NCBI RefSeq assembly: GCF_006345805.1
Contig: NC_042999.1
Span: 129,952,001 to 130,016,000, forward strand
DNA length: 64,000 bases
Direction: 5' to 3'
Source: Octopus sinensis
Lineage: Eukaryota
The position numbers were made by a program, and so were the translations under genes. The notes under the pieces were generated by a model, which saw only the letters and a program-made list of their open reading frames with translations, was not told the origin of the DNA and ran no database searches. The number at the start of each line of letters is the position of its first letter. Position 1 is the first letter of the stretch. Shown one piece after another: positions 48,483-63,230 of this stretch.

Positions 48483-50702
48483 TATTCCAGAAACAGCTAT
48501 AAGACTTCAAATTTACCCTAATTAAATTATTCTATATGTCTTGAGATACCTGTCCTGCCTTGGTTTTTGTTGTTCGTTTTTCCCCTCATATAATATATAA
48601 ATTCTACTATTCATCTCATTTATTAAAATTTATTTCCTGATTTATAATTTAAAAAAAATAAAGTGTTGGTTTCCAACACAGGCATAAGGTATCAAATTTG
48701 GAGAATGGGTTTTTGTCAACATCAGTACTTGAATAATACACCCTCCACCATAAACCGTCTTTGGCGAGATTCAGATTCTGAAGACAAAATACATGATATT
48801 TTATTAACTTTCTACTAATTCTATCAATATTAGTTTCAAATTTTGACACTTTTGAGGGCGGGTGTAACTCTATTACATCAAGCCCAGTGTTCAACTAGTA
48901 CTCATTTTATCATCTCCTAAAGGATGAAAGGCAAAGTTAACCTCAGTGGAACTTGAACTCAGAACATAATGACTGACAAAGTGCTGGTAAGCATTTTGCC
49001 TGGCATGGTAACAAATCTGCCAGCTTGCTGCCTTCCAATCTACCAATATTGACATGAAAAATGGTTTGTGGCAGAATAGGTAGAACAAAAGAACATTATG
49101 GCATTTAGTTGCATCGTTTTGAAATTTTAGTCCAATTCTTGTACAGGAATGATTCAATTTATTATATCTCTTCTCTACAAATTTGTGATGTTCTGCTAAA
49201 GTTAGAGATCCATATTATGTATGTGTATATGTGTGCTTACATACGAACATATGCTAATGTATATTCATAAGCTATCACAATATTTTCTCTAAATAAAATG
49301 TTTAAATTATTTCTGTTTTATTTATTTATTTATTAGTTATCAATGAATTACAAATCTATAATTGGTAGTTTATACTCAGAAACATAACTTTTTGTTGTGT
49401 GTGCATGTATTTTATAGTTATGAACAACAATTAAAATTGCTAAGCTTGTCACAAATATCAGGCTTCACAATTTCTAATACTCTCTCAAGGCAATCTCATT
49501 TGTATAACATTACCAAAACTGTATCACAAAACTAGGATTCCTCTAGAATAAGACAATAATTTTGCCTTGATCAGTTGCTGACCTGCTACAAAGTTCAAGT
49601 GATATCCATTTTGAAACACTACTCACATCTGTGGAATGGAATGATATTGTTGCTCTCCATACAGACATTCTGAGCCAAATCCAAAAGAAGGTCTTTTTAC
49701 TGACCAACAATGATAAACTCACTAATATTCTACAATACCTAACATACAACTACATGATTTCTTCTCTCTCACTCATTACTACAACAGCCTGCTCTTATGA
49801 ATTAGTAAATCACATACTCTTCACTCAATCCTATCCAACCCACCTATCTCTCTTCTTCCTTGTATTTCACTTTCTCCTCACATGATTCACTTTCCAGATT
49901 CTACACTAAATACATCACCCATTTCTTCCTTCCCTGAGTTGTAACCCTCTGAAAATTCATTTATGCCAACACTTTTCTGGACAATTTTAACCAAAGCTGA
50001 GCATCATCAGTTACTTCAACCACATTGCCCCTCCTCCCTGATTGATATAAAAACAATTATTGTATCTATGAGTGTGTATAACTTTGTGTTTACTTCTATT
50101 TCTATATTTTGTATTTATTTTCATCTAAAATATTGTTTTAGTTATGTATTGTTGATACCACAATTTTTTTTTAATTCATCCATCTCCATCCTCTATTCTA
50201 GAGAGGGTCATGGAGGGCAAAGTTATTGGGCACCTCCTCCATAATGTCCTAACAGGAGTAACCATCATTACACTTTCCAGCAAGATTCCTAAGTGTGATG
50301 AACTGAGACTATGGCTATTATCTAACTTTCTCCTTCTTGGTCTACTGCCAAGAATCTGTTTTGAGTACTAAGTGGTGATCTCCAGATAAAATATTTGCAT
50401 TAACCACTGAGATACCAACTTGCTTAAGACTGTCTTTAGTTCTAAATCATTCATCATAAGTTAATGTAAGAACATTTGTTAAATAATATTGCAAAGACTG
50501 GATAAATAATGAAAATGTGAGTTGTTTTACTAACTCCTTTCAAATTCTTAATTATTTTCTTAATCAATTTATTTACATGGACTGTATTTCACAAATGGGT
50601 TAATTGGAAAGAAAATCAAAAGGTTCACAGAAACATTACACACCTGGAATAAATGTCATACCATGTGTGGTCAGTCATCTAAATTCAAAGCTCAAATCTT
50701 GT

Positions 50703-52616
50703 TTTGCAAAGAAATACTCGAACACCAAGTCAACAATAGGACCTCTCCAGAGACAAAATGGGGATGTAGTGAATAACCCTATTGAAATGGCAGAAATGTT
50801 GGGTCAACAGTATGAAAGTGTCTTCAGTGAGCCATCTAAAACCATGAAGATCCATGACCCAGGAAAATTCTTCAAGGATATCGACCATTCTAAACCTACC
50901 CTATCCGACATTGATTTCAACCCAGAAGACATAGCAAGAGCCATAGACAAGCTCCCCATGCACTCGGCTGCGGGGCCTGATGGTTTCAATGCCATGATAC
51001 TTAAAAACTGCAAGGTACAATTGTCGAAACCCCTTTACATGATATGGAGGGAATCTATGGAGAATGGCAAAATACCAAATACATATAAAGAAGCACACAT
51101 AACTCCAATACATAAAGGGGACAGCAAATCAAAACCAAAGAACTACTGACCAATCTCACTGACATCACACATTATCAAGGTCTTCGAAAGAATAGTTCGT
51201 GGAAAACTGGTTGAGTTCCTGGAATCCAACAATCTGATGAATTGCAACCAGCATGGATTCAGGTTAGGTAGATCATGCCTTTCCCAACTACTGGCACACC
51301 ATGACCAAATCCTAGAAAATCTAGAGAATGGATACAACACAGATGTTATCTACCTCGACTTTGCCAAGGCATTTGACAAGGTAGATCATGGCATCCTGGG
51401 TCACAAACTTCGAAAGCTAGGAGTAGGAGGAAAAGTTGGTACATGGATACATGAGTTCCTTACAAATAGAACTCAAACAGTCACTGTGAATGGAACCCAT
51501 TCAACACCATCACCTGTGACCAGCAGTGTTCCTCAGGGTACAGTACTCGGCCCAATCCTGTTTCTCATCCTCATCTCTGACATAGATGAAGATACAACCA
51601 GCAACGTCTCATCCTTTGCTGATGACACCAGTGTCATGAGACAAATCAAAGACGAGGTGGATACAGAGGCCTTACAAAAGGACCTGACCACCATATATAA
51701 ATGGCAGGAAACAAACAACATGTTGTTCAATGATAAGAAGTTTGAATTAATTCGCTACGGAACAGATCAAGATCTGAAAAATACAACAAACTACAGAAAC
51801 CCATCAGGACAACAAATAATGGAAAAACAGTATGTGAAAGATTTAGGCATCCACATGGGAACCAACCTAAAATTCAGAGAACACCTTGACTCAGTCTGTC
51901 TTACTGCAAGAAAGTACAGCGGGTGGATCTTGCGCACCTTCAAATCAAGAGATACCTCAACAATGAAAACCCTCTGGAACAGTATGATACTTCCGAGGAT
52001 TGACTACTGTTCTCAGTTGTGGTCACCAACAACAAAGGGCCAACTATCTAAGATAGAATCGCTCCAAAGAAATTTTACCTCATACTTCTCAGAAACGAGG
52101 GACCTGGACTATTGGCAAAGACTCAAAACCTTGAGGATGTACTCAATAGAAAGAAGATTTGAGCGATACCGAATTATATACATTTGGAAAATGATAGAGC
52201 AGAAGGTGCCAAACTTTGGTATCAAAACCTACCACTCACTGCGCCACGGAAGACGCTGCCAGCTGCCACCAATCAACAAAAAGGCTGGCCAGGCAGCAAA
52301 AACCCTGCGAGAATCAAGTCTGTTGGTTCGAGGAGCACAACTGTTCAACTCCATTCCGGTACATGTCAGAAATCTATCAGGATGCAGTGTGGAATCATTC
52401 AAATTGCAACTGGATAGATACTTAAGCACCATTAGAGATGAACCCCATCTCCCAGGATATACACAACGAGCGCAAACTGACTCAAACTCGCTCCTACACA
52501 TGTCAAAATTAAGCAGAGAATACAACCTGGCAACCACACCAGACTCTGAGGGTGGAGTCTTCGACTTGGCCTGAGCATGGACTCAAACCCAAATGAAATG
52601 AAAATGAAAATGAAAT
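50703..52616 (+). mobile_element. 5'-truncated CR1/L2-group non-LTR retrotransposon (RT region of ORF2) with (GAAAT/GAAAAT)n tail
   Basis: Motifs AAGPDG, NY*PISLTS, QHGFR, YLDFAKAFDKV, VPQGTVLGP, FADDT; ORFs 50604-51149 and 51237-52574 share a frame, split by TGA 51147-51149. Confidence 0.93.
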
Positions 52617-52699
52617 ATTGACTTCTCTTTCATCTCCTCTATGGTCAACAAAATTAGTATCAGTAATCCAGCAGAGTCACAAATACAAAAAATTCCCTT

Positions 52700-53447
52700 C
52701 ATCATCATCATCATCATCATTTAGCGTCCGTTTTCCATGCTAGCATGGGTTGGACGGTTCAACTGGGGTCTGGGGAGCCCGAAGGCTGCACCAGGCCAGT
52801 CAGATCTGGCAGTGTTTCTACAGCTGGATGCCCTTCCTAACGCCAACCACTCCGAGAGTGTAGTGGGTGATTTTATGTGCCCCGACACAGGTGCCAGACG
52901 AGGCTGGCGAACGGCCACGCTCGGATGGTGTTTTTATGTGCCACCGACACAGGTGCCAGACGAGGCTGGCAGACGGCCACGCTCGGATGGTGTTTTTATG
53001 TGCCACCGACACAGGTGCCAGATGAGGCTGGCAGGTGCCAGACGAGGCTGGCAGACGGCCACGCTCGGATGGTGTTTTTATGTGCCACCGACACAGGTGC
53101 CAGATGAGGCTGGCGGACGGCCACGATCGGATGGTGTTTGTTACGTCCCCAAAGCACGGAGGCCAGTCTATGCGGTACTGGCTACGGCCACGTTCGGATG
53201 ATTTTCTTGTGTGCCACCGGCACTGGTACCACAAAGATACAAATTCCATTTATGTTCATCTATTTTGATTTGTTTTGATTTGATTTGATTTTCACTTGCC
53301 TCAACAGGTCTTCACAAGTGTCACTTGCCTCAACAGGTCTTCACAAGTGTCACAAGAAGGAAGGTATGCACAGGTGGACTGTCTACGTCGCCGGGTCTTC
53401 GGATGGTGTCTTTATGTGCCACCGACACAGGTGCCAGATGTGGCTAA
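52700..53447 (-). mobile_element. RTE 3'UTR copy with expanded ~60-bp tandem array
   Basis: (CAT)n on +, GGATGCCCTTCCTAAC, repeated TGTGCCACCGACACAGGTGCCAGA units. Confidence 0.88.
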
Positions 53448-56400
53448 TTATTTTTTCACAAGAAAAAAATTCAATAATTAAGGCTATTTTTCTTTTGGTG
53501 TGTGGAACACAAATTCTCAGTTCCTCTTTAAAGCATTTATTTATGTTGGTTATAGAATAAAACAATATTGTCTCAATTTCGTCATTTACTCACTGTTATA
53601 AACTTTAGACATCTTTCAAATTATTTTTCTGCTCATTTTACTCCAAATTAATGAGTTAAAACTATTATTGCCAGCCTAACACACAATCTTTCCTGATACA
53701 GCTGTCTATCTACAAGTACTTTTTAAAAAATAATTTAGATGTAAGGAAATAAATTATACTTAGTTACATAATTGCTTTTGTGTTTTTTTTTTGTTTTTTG
53801 ACTAGGCAGGGACAACATGTAACAATAAATGTTTGAGTCAGCAGTTACCAGTTGTAACAGTTGATGTAAATGTATCTTTTTACAATTAATGAATCTTTAC
53901 ATCAAGAAGCCAAGTTTAACGTAGTTGTTAGCAAAATGTAATGGGTGTGATGTTGATGATGTTAAAGAAGAGAAAGAACACTGATTGAAATTGATGTTGA
54001 CTCCAAATTTTATTTAGTTTATGTATAGTCACACATGACAGTGGGCTTATATAACTGAGAGTTAATTTTTCCTTGTACAAGTGTGTACATGTTCTTGTCA
54101 TTCTAGTAGTAGAAAAAAGGTAGATAAAGTGATGTTTGTTAGAAGAGAAAGATGAGCTTGTGAAAGCAAGAGAGAGCAGAGGTAAGTTGTATCATAGCGG
54201 CTGGCTTTTTGGCCATCAGCCTCCAGCAGTGGCTGTCTCTGGTTGTCCCTCTGGTGTCTGCTCTCAGCAACTCGTATTTATAAGAATATAGACCAGCCAG
54301 CAAAAGAGATATATCGTTTAAACAATGGATAAGTTAATGTAAGATGCTCCTTATCTATTTTAACTTTTCATGGCATAGGAGAGGTTAAAAGTTTAAGTGG
54401 AAGAGCCATAAATTGATCCGGTAAAGCCATTTGCTGAATGTAACTCTTGTCAACTATTGTTTTTCTGTAAGAAAAATGTCGAAATGTCAGGGGAAATTTT
54501 CCAATTCAGGTTTGAGTCTACTCTATGCCTAAATGAAGTCACTACAAACATATTACTGTTGTTCAGGCAATATTTATGGAAATAAAAGAGTTATTATAAC
54601 CCAAAAGAATGGTTTTACTAAGAAGACCATTCTATTTAGAAATCGAGAGATAATTGTATGCTTAGTTGGAAGATTATTGTAAATATTGACTTCAATGTCG
54701 TCCTTTAAAAAGATTAAAAGATTTACAGTTCTATATTTACCTTGCTATTCATATGTAGTACATTAGTCAACAGGGAGTTACTAATGAAACATTTTGATTA
54801 GATCAATTTCAATTATCTGCTACTGCATTAGTTCAGTATAGTTAATTGTCAAGACAAAAGTATATTTAACACATTAACCAGTCTATAAAGGATAGGCAAA
54901 ATTTCTGGGAAATATTATTTGAAACAGGAAAAATAACAATAGAACAAAAGAAATTTACCTTGCTAAACTTGTATACCTTTGTCTCTAAATAGCTACATAA
55001 ATATAGTTTGTTAGTATAATGACACATATAGTTTGAGGGAATTAAAGTAAAATTAGTGACATGGGATCACAGACAACTTATTTCTGGGGAAATAAATAGA
55101 AGAAATTGTGAAGAACATTTACTTGTGCTAACTGATCAATAAATATGTCCAACCAAAAATACATACATAGAAAGTATTTGAAGCCAATTAAGAAACCATA
55201 TAATCTAGATAAAATCAACAGGTTTGTGGCTCATAGAAAAAAAACAATTGAACCGTGTGATCTCATACATCATTCAGAACTTGCTTACAATAAAACAGTC
55301 TAAGTTACTATGGTGACTGCACATCACACAAGAAAAGACTGCACTTAACTTCCATTTTCATTAGACAAAAGTGTTTCAATATTGGACAATATATAATATT
55401 ATATAATGTTTAAATATTCTCAACTTTTGAGTATTACATCAACATCTAGAATGGTGAATACTAGCACTTATATTCTAGACAAAGCCAAACAGCCTCTAAC
55501 GGTGTTGCATTACTAACTGATTGATCCTGAATTCAATGTTGTGGGCATTTTGTTGTGTATTTAAGAATACACTTAATTCTATACATCACAGTTCATATAG
55601 AATATGTACCGAGTCCTTACATAGAAAAAGATTTAGCTCTGATCAACTCAATGTTATTAATATAAAATTAAAAAGTGACCCTTAAAATCACCCTTCAGTT
55701 TTCAAAGACAAGGTTTTTCATACATCTACCTAATAGTCTCTGCTCAATTGAATTCTTATTTTGTCTTGTACTCAAGCCAGAAAATGTTTAGCACCTTCTT
55801 GAGATGCTTTAAAGCTATTCTGGCCATCTCTGCTGTTGATGCATAATGCAGGGTTGGCATTGCTGGCCACTGTGCTAAACAGCAAGCCATATTGGATGTT
55901 ACATTTTGGAGACTTCCAAACCATAATAAAATATGAACACCACTCACATTGAGGGACTTACCAATGCTAATTGGAGAGTGAGATTCCTGGTGTAGACTAA
56001 TGAAATATGTCTCAGTTGTGGCTCCATGAAGAAGAAATAGGAGCCTATTCTTTAGTAATCTGTTACCTTGGTTTCCCTTTGTCTTGATACTTCGTTATTT
56101 TGTGAGTTCTCTCCAAGATAACATTTTGTCATCCAATCAATAGCATCACACCAGTTAGAATAAATTATTTAAAATATTGTGTTCACTTTCAGTACAAAGT
56201 ACACTGTAGCTTAGAATATGAGTATCACTGCTATGTAGATAAGTTTGGTCTTTAATACCATTTTATGACATTCATAAATGATTGGGTGTTAGGTGACTAC
56301 CAACACCTGGTGCTTTGTGAACTTCTAGCAGAGTACACTACTGTGAGCATTTGGACCAAACTTCCATATTTGTTCCATTCACATTTTTCCAGCAGTAAGT

Positions 56401-59157
56401 TGGGCATCAATCTCATCAGTTCAGAGTGCTTTGAAAGGTCATGGACATTGATTCTTCTCTGCTTATTAACTTATAATAAAATGGAAATATTTTAATATTG
56501 ATACCTGTCTAAGGCAACGAACTGGCAGAATTATTACTGCACCAGACAAAATGCTTAGTGGCATTTCATTCATCTCTGTGTTCTGAAGTCACATTCTGCT
56601 GAGGTCAACTTTTCCTTTCATCCATTTGGGGTCAATAAAATAAGTACTAAATGAGCACAGTGGTTGATGTAGACCTTGTGCTGAAATTTGAAACTAATAT
56701 TAATATCTATCTGCTGTATTAATGATATTGTTAGTTTGTTCATTAAAATGCTTTACCACAACACTCAGCATTAAAAAAGTTTGTAATAAATATTGTATTT
56801 CTTCATGATGTGTAATGTGTATTTATATTACAAATTTTTTGCCAATGCAAACTTACTCTCAATAGCCTAAAAGTAATTACAAAATTATTGGCATTAACTT
56901 CTGACTAAGCATTTTCAAGACTGTTATTGTTAACCAGTCCTTATCTGCAACCAGACAGTCCTTTGATAATACAAACAAATATTTCTGTAAATATCAAAGT
57001 ACGATTAATAAATCTGATGTTCTGTGGTCTTTTGTGACTGTCACATCTCTTCAACAATGAAACAGCTGAGTGTTTATGGATTGCACAAGTAAATCATCAA
57101 TCTTGAGTTCAATTTGATAAGAGGCATTTTATTGTTTATTTGAAAAAAAAAAATTCTGTATGACCAGCTCATCTAAGTGCTGTTAATTTGTGCTCAGTCA
57201 CTTAGGAGTGTTACTTGAAATAGGTTAACACTTTAAACAAGGAAATATTTATCACTTATCCATTTGACATTATTAACCCTTTTGTTACTGTATTTATTTT
57301 GAGATGCTCTGTGTTTCTTTCGATTACTTTAAAATATAACAAAGAATTTAGTAAAATAACTTAGTTATCATTAAGCTACTGTTAGGAACATAAATTGTGA
57401 CTAAGGTTTGGTGGAAGATTTTAATTCATTTGTACTACAGAGCCAGAGCCAGTTTCAACCAGGTTTGGTAATGAAATGGTGAAAAGGAAGTTAAAGACTG
57501 ACTTCTAAAATCTTTTTTAATCTTGAAAACAAGTTGTGTTTTTTTTTTTTTACACTGACTCAATAAAGCCAGTTCCTTTAATTCCTCAACTTCATACCAT
57601 CTCCATCTCTAACTCAACCCTTTTGTGTCTACAAAACAATCAGAAAAAAATCATCATCATTTAATGTCCACTTTCCAATGTTTGCATGGAATTTGTTGCA
57701 GTAGATTTTCTACAGCTGAGTGCCTTTTCTGTTGCCAATCCTCACTTCTTTCCAAGTATGATAATTTTTTCCCCAAGGCTGGACATTTTTTTTTGTAGAA
57801 GCATAGAAACAATGGACACCACTTGTATGACAGTGACACTCATTTACAACTGTCTTGCAATGTTGAGACAAGAAAAAAAAAATCAACTCACACATGAGTC
57901 AGGCTTCTTTCAGTTCCTTTCTACCAACTCCACTCATAAAGCATTGATCAGCCTATAGTAGAAGGCATTTGCTCAAGGTACCATGCAGTGGGACTGACCC
58001 TGAAACCAAGCAGCTGGGAAGCAAGCTTCTTACCCACACAGATAAGCCAAATATATGAAATGTCCTCCTCCTTTAGTAATCTTTGTTACATTGATTTCTT
58101 CTTCACTTTGATTCTTCTTTATTGTGTTAACATTTTCAGATGAAATACTTTTAATTGCCCAACCAATGGGTACAAGACTGCATGTAACTTTAACAACACA
58201 TGCATTATAGGTTAGAAATTAGTATGATGATTATATTGACCAGTTTGGTCTTTAGTGTCATCAATAGAACCTAATACTTTGTGTACCTTCAGTGGGATCT
58301 CTGTCATGAACATTTGGACCAGACTTCCAGTCCAGTCCACTTCAGGGACTTTTTTTAATTCTACAGCAAGTAGGTATCAGCTGCAATAATATCAGTTGGT
58401 TATCAACCACATCAGTCTCTCCAATGTGGAAAGGCTTGGAAAGGCCATGGGTACTACAGCTCACCTTCTGACTAACTGACGTTGAAAAAATTATTTCTTA
58501 ACCCTTTAGCATTTAAACCAACCATATCTGGCCAAAATGTTCTGTCTGTTTTGAGTTAAAACTGACCAGATCCAACTTATCACACCTACTACAATATCAC
58601 TCTAAAAATATACAATAACATCATTGCAATATTGAAGCTACAAGATAATGCCTGATTAATTCAAAATGATGTGAATAAATAAGCATTATATTTGACAGAG
58701 GAATCTGAATGCTAAATGGTTAAATTATCTATCTAATAAATAAATGAATTTCGATTAGAAAGAATTTCATGAGTATTCAGTTGTTTGGTCAACTAAATTT
58801 TCAGATTCACTGAATTAGCATGCTACTAGCTGAGTATTCTACAGACATATATATTTCAGACAGAGTCAAAGTGAACACAGTGTGACAAGATTGGATCTCT
58901 AATTACAAGTACAATCTATTTGATGAGTTTTTTTATGCAATTTGTATCTTCTTTTATTTTTACTTACATGTTTCAGTCATTAGACTGCAGCCATACTGGC
59001 AGATTACCTTGGATTTTAGTCAAACGAATCAACCCCAGTGCTTGTTATTTTTTTTAATGCCTGGTACTTATTATATCAATCTCTTTTACTGAATCACTAA
59101 GTCACAGGGACATAAGCACACGGACACAAAGACACACACACATACATGTATAGACAC

Positions 59158-59203
<46 letters not shown>

Positions 59204-61074
59204 ACGGACACACACACACATATAAGTATATAAGTTGAATTTAAAGAATTAAGGTTTAGAATGTAGGCATTAAATGCAGTATCTAAACCTTGTTTCAGGG
59301 TAAGTCCCAGGTAGTCTGTCTGCAGAGCATGTTCCCCACTTATGGCTACCAGGTGTCATTAGCGATACTGAGTGTTCATTGTTGGATCTACTTCTGCAAT
59401 TCCAAGGTGCACATAGGGTATATTATCATCATCACCATTTAACGTCCGTTTTCCATGATGGCATGTGTAGGATGGTTTGATTGAAAACTAGTGAGCTGGG
59501 GAGTTGCACCAGGTTCCGATCTGGTTTGGCAAGGTTTCTATGGCTAGATGCCCTTCCTAATGCCAACCACTCTGAGAGTATAGTGGTTGCTTTTTATGTG
59601 CCATTGACTTGACACCGACATTGGCCAATGACTATGGTCTCACTTGGTTTGACAGGTCTACACACACACACACAAATACACACACACATAACAGGCTTCT
59701 TTCAATTTCCATCTACAAGGTCCACTCACACAAGGCTTTGGTCAGCCTTAGGCTATAATAGAAGACACTGTCCCTAAATGTCATGCAGTGGGACAACTTG
59801 AGGCTATAGAATATGACTGTTGTCCAAGGTGGAACTGAAATTGAGATCTTGTGATTCAGCCATACTTTATTAATTATATTCAGCAATTTTCTTTATTAGC
59901 ACTCACAATTAATAGCCTTTATATATTTAAGCTGGTATGCTGGCAGAATCATTAGTACATCAGTTAAAATGTTTTGCAGCATTTTATCTGTCTCAATGTT
60001 CTAAATTCAAACACATTTTCCTTATCATTATTTCCTGATAAAGCATTTTTTAGACAATTATTATTAACTAACCAATCCTTGTTTGCATATAAGCTTGTCT
60101 TCTGACATAATAAACAAACGTTTTCTGTAAATTTCAAAATACAATTAATAATTGAATTACACACTGATGTTCTGTGTTCTTTTGTTATTGTTGACAACAA
60201 GACACTGAACTCAATATTGTTGCCATCCTACTCAAGACAATACAATATCATAAAATGATTGACAGAATTTTTTAGAAGCCAGCAAAACTTGTTTGTAAAA
60301 AATGAAAAATTGTTAGAAACTGTGCTGTCTTAAAATACGGGTAAACTGGGTAGTCGCCCTGGGATTCAATGAATCTAGGGGTCCAGTTCTGATCAATGTG
60401 TGCCATGGCTTGCGTTCAGTAAATTAATACTATAGAGGCCAGTGTATTGATTAGTCTGGGGTCCTGTAAAGCTCTTAAAACTGGTTAGAAATAGAAACTA
60501 ATGTCTACAAAATAATATTGTACACAACCGATTTTTCAGAACTTTTTGTTTTAGATCTGGGCAGGAACAAAAATGGATCTCACTTTGCCATACTAATGCA
60601 GGTTTTGAAGTAATACTTGAATTGGCCTTTTAATTTAAATATGGTTATACAGTTGATGAACCAATACCATATGTCTCACACAGTTTATATACAGAAACAC
60701 CATGATCAAATTCTCTCACCTTTCTATACCCTTCCTGCATTGATATAGACACATTTTTATGCTTTATACAATCACTATCACTTGCACTGTGATTGGCAGC
60801 TGGCATATATATGAAAGTAATACAGACTAGGAATTTCTTAAAATCACTGGGACTGCAGCAATGAAAGGTATCTAGTTATTGAGCTGATTGCAAATGACAT
60901 ACAATACCTTTTATGTCTGGTGTGTTGCGGGAAATTTATGTGTGCACTCATAAATATATTTAGATTAAAAGAGGTAACAAACTATCAGTAACTGGAAAAT
61001 TGGTAGTGTACCTGTAATATCCATATAAGGCTATGATTGCAATATAGTTGTTTCTTATAGCCAGTGATTTCTCA

Positions 61075-62566
61075 TGAAAATGAACAAAATTTGGTATCAT
61101 TGAGTTTTCAAGTATCTACAGAAAAATGGTTTGTCCCCTGAGGACATTCATGCTGACATTGTTGGTAGATTAGGAGATGACGCTCCAGCTTTATCAACAA
61201 TGCAAATGTAGGCAGCTTAACTTAGGAGAGGAAAGGAATCTTGAAAATAACCTAAGGTCTGGAGGTCCAGCAACTGCCACACTGGAGGAAAACATTTTTT
61301 GTGTTCACCACATAGTGATGGATGACAGGTGGATGGCTATAAATCAAATAGCCAATGCTATTAGCATATCCCATGAGAGAGTTGAGAATATTCTGCAGGG
61401 TGGTGAGCTGGCAGAATCATTAGCATGCCAGGCAAAATGTTTAACAGTATTTCGTCTGCCGTTACGTTTTGAGTTCAAATTCTGCCAAGGTTGACTTTGC
61501 CTTTCATCCTTTCAGGGTCGATAAATTAAGTACCAGTTACACACTGGGGTTGATACAATCGACTTAATCCGTTTGTCTGTCCTTGTTTGTCCTCTCTGTG
61601 TTTAGCCCCTTGTGGGTAGTAAAGAAATAGGTATTTCATCTGCCATTACGTTCTGAGTTCAAATTCCACCGAGGTCTACTTTGCCTTTCATTCTTTCGGG
61701 GTCGATTAAATAAGTACCAGTTATACACTGGGGTTGATGTAATTAACTTAATCCTTTTGTCTGTCCTTGTTTGTCCCCTCTGTGTTTAGTCCCCTGTGGG
61801 CAATAAAGAAATAAATAATCTGCACAATGAACTTGGTATGAAGAAAGTTTCTGCTCAGTGGGTGCCACATCTTCTGACATCTGATCAAAAGCACATCAGG
61901 CTGATCACATCACAGAAAAGTCTGACATTGTTTGAGGCAGATCCAGCTGGTTTCCTTGAATGTTTCCTAACTCAGGATGAGTGTCGGCTTCATCACTTTG
62001 GGTCAGAGGCAAAGAGACAATCCAGACAGTGGAAACACCCTTCCTCACCTGCTCCAAAGAAGGCCATCTGCAGGGAAGGTGATGGCCTCAGTTTTTTGGG
62101 ATTCAAAAGACATTGTGTTTATTGACTATCTGCAAAAGGACCACACCATCAATGGAAAGTACTATGCCAACTTGCTGAGGCATTTATGAAAAGCTGTCAA
62201 GACCAAATGCTCGGGAAAACTGATGAAAGGGGTGTTGTTTGATCAGAACAATGTTCTAGCACACAATTCCTTGGTTTCAATGGCTGTTGTGTGTGACTGT
62301 GGCTTTGAACTGGTTGATCACCCTCCCTAATCTGATTGGACCCCATCTGACTATCATCTGTACCTCATCATGAAAAAACATTTCTGCAGTTGATGACTTT
62401 TTTTGACCAACAGGATGAAAGCTTCTTCACCAATTGGATCCAAGTACTACAACACGGAAAAAGTGTGTTGACTGCAAGGGGGCCTATGCTGAAAAATAAA
62501 CCACATTTGGTCACATTCCATGAGAGTATCTTGGTCAGCCAATGAACTTTTCAGCTGACCCTCATA
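61075..62566 (+). mobile_element. Decayed mariner (irritans-like) transposon interrupted by a SINE dimer
   Basis: WVPHLLT, TQDE, SAGKVMASVFWD, HPP-S-D-PSDY motifs with stops and frameshifts; right TIR GAACTTTTCAGCTGACCCTCATA. Confidence 0.9.
61398..61812 (+). mobile_element. Same SINE family, dimeric body, inserted in the mariner
   Basis: Flanked by AATATTCTGCA / AATAATCTGCA (11-bp target duplication, 1 mismatch). Confidence 0.9.
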
Positions 62567-62955
62567 AATCTACTCTGAAGTTTCGAGTAGGTCACTCAAG
62601 AGATTCTTTGTGTTGAAATGCATGATTATTTTGTTTCAGTTAACCATGCTTGTACATATATTAGTTGTATGTAGATGAAAGGATGGATGGGTAGCTATTG
62701 AAATTCTTCCAAGTATACATCATTAGAAATTTAGAGACCAACGTCGCATGTTGGTATATTATTTAATATTGTCATGAACATAAATCTTTTCATGGGTGGG
62801 TGGGGGTGAATCTTGTGTCTCTTTAATACAAAAGAATGCTGCAATAGACTATGGCTTTTGATCACCATCAATTTCCTTTCTTGGTGTGTGCTTCACATTC
62901 CCCATATTAGTCTATTCCACTATGCACGAGAGATAGATAGATAGATAGAGAGAGA

Positions 62956-62988
<33 letters not shown>

Positions 62989-63230
62989 TACTATCTCACT
63001 TCCGTTTTTTTTGTCTTTCTGCATCTCTTTTCGTAACAGATAGTAAAACATGATTTGAAAATTTGACTTTTATTTCTCAAAATAAATGTTATACAACAGT
63101 TTCGTGTGATATGAATATTGGTTTTGAAGTTTCTAAATTCAAGGAGTTTCACGAACAATTGTGTATCAGATTTGGCGCTTTGTGTAACTTGAGCAGAACT
63201 CACTTTTGCAAACATTTGGACCAGACTTTC

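Noticed and set aside
51147-51149. In-frame TGA as selenocysteine or readthrough
   Set aside because: It falls on the conserved Arg of NYRPISL in a truncated LINE; CGA>TGA explains it.
52880-53225. Regularly spaced repeats resembling a CRISPR array (also 43060-43325)
   Set aside because: The spacers are themselves repeated, the array lies in an RTE 3'UTR, there are no cas genes, and the context is eukaryotic.
55750-56150. Exon-like segments with GTAAGT/GTAACA donors on the minus strand
   Set aside because: Peptides look like decayed RTE RT C-terminal sequence and do not chain into a gene.
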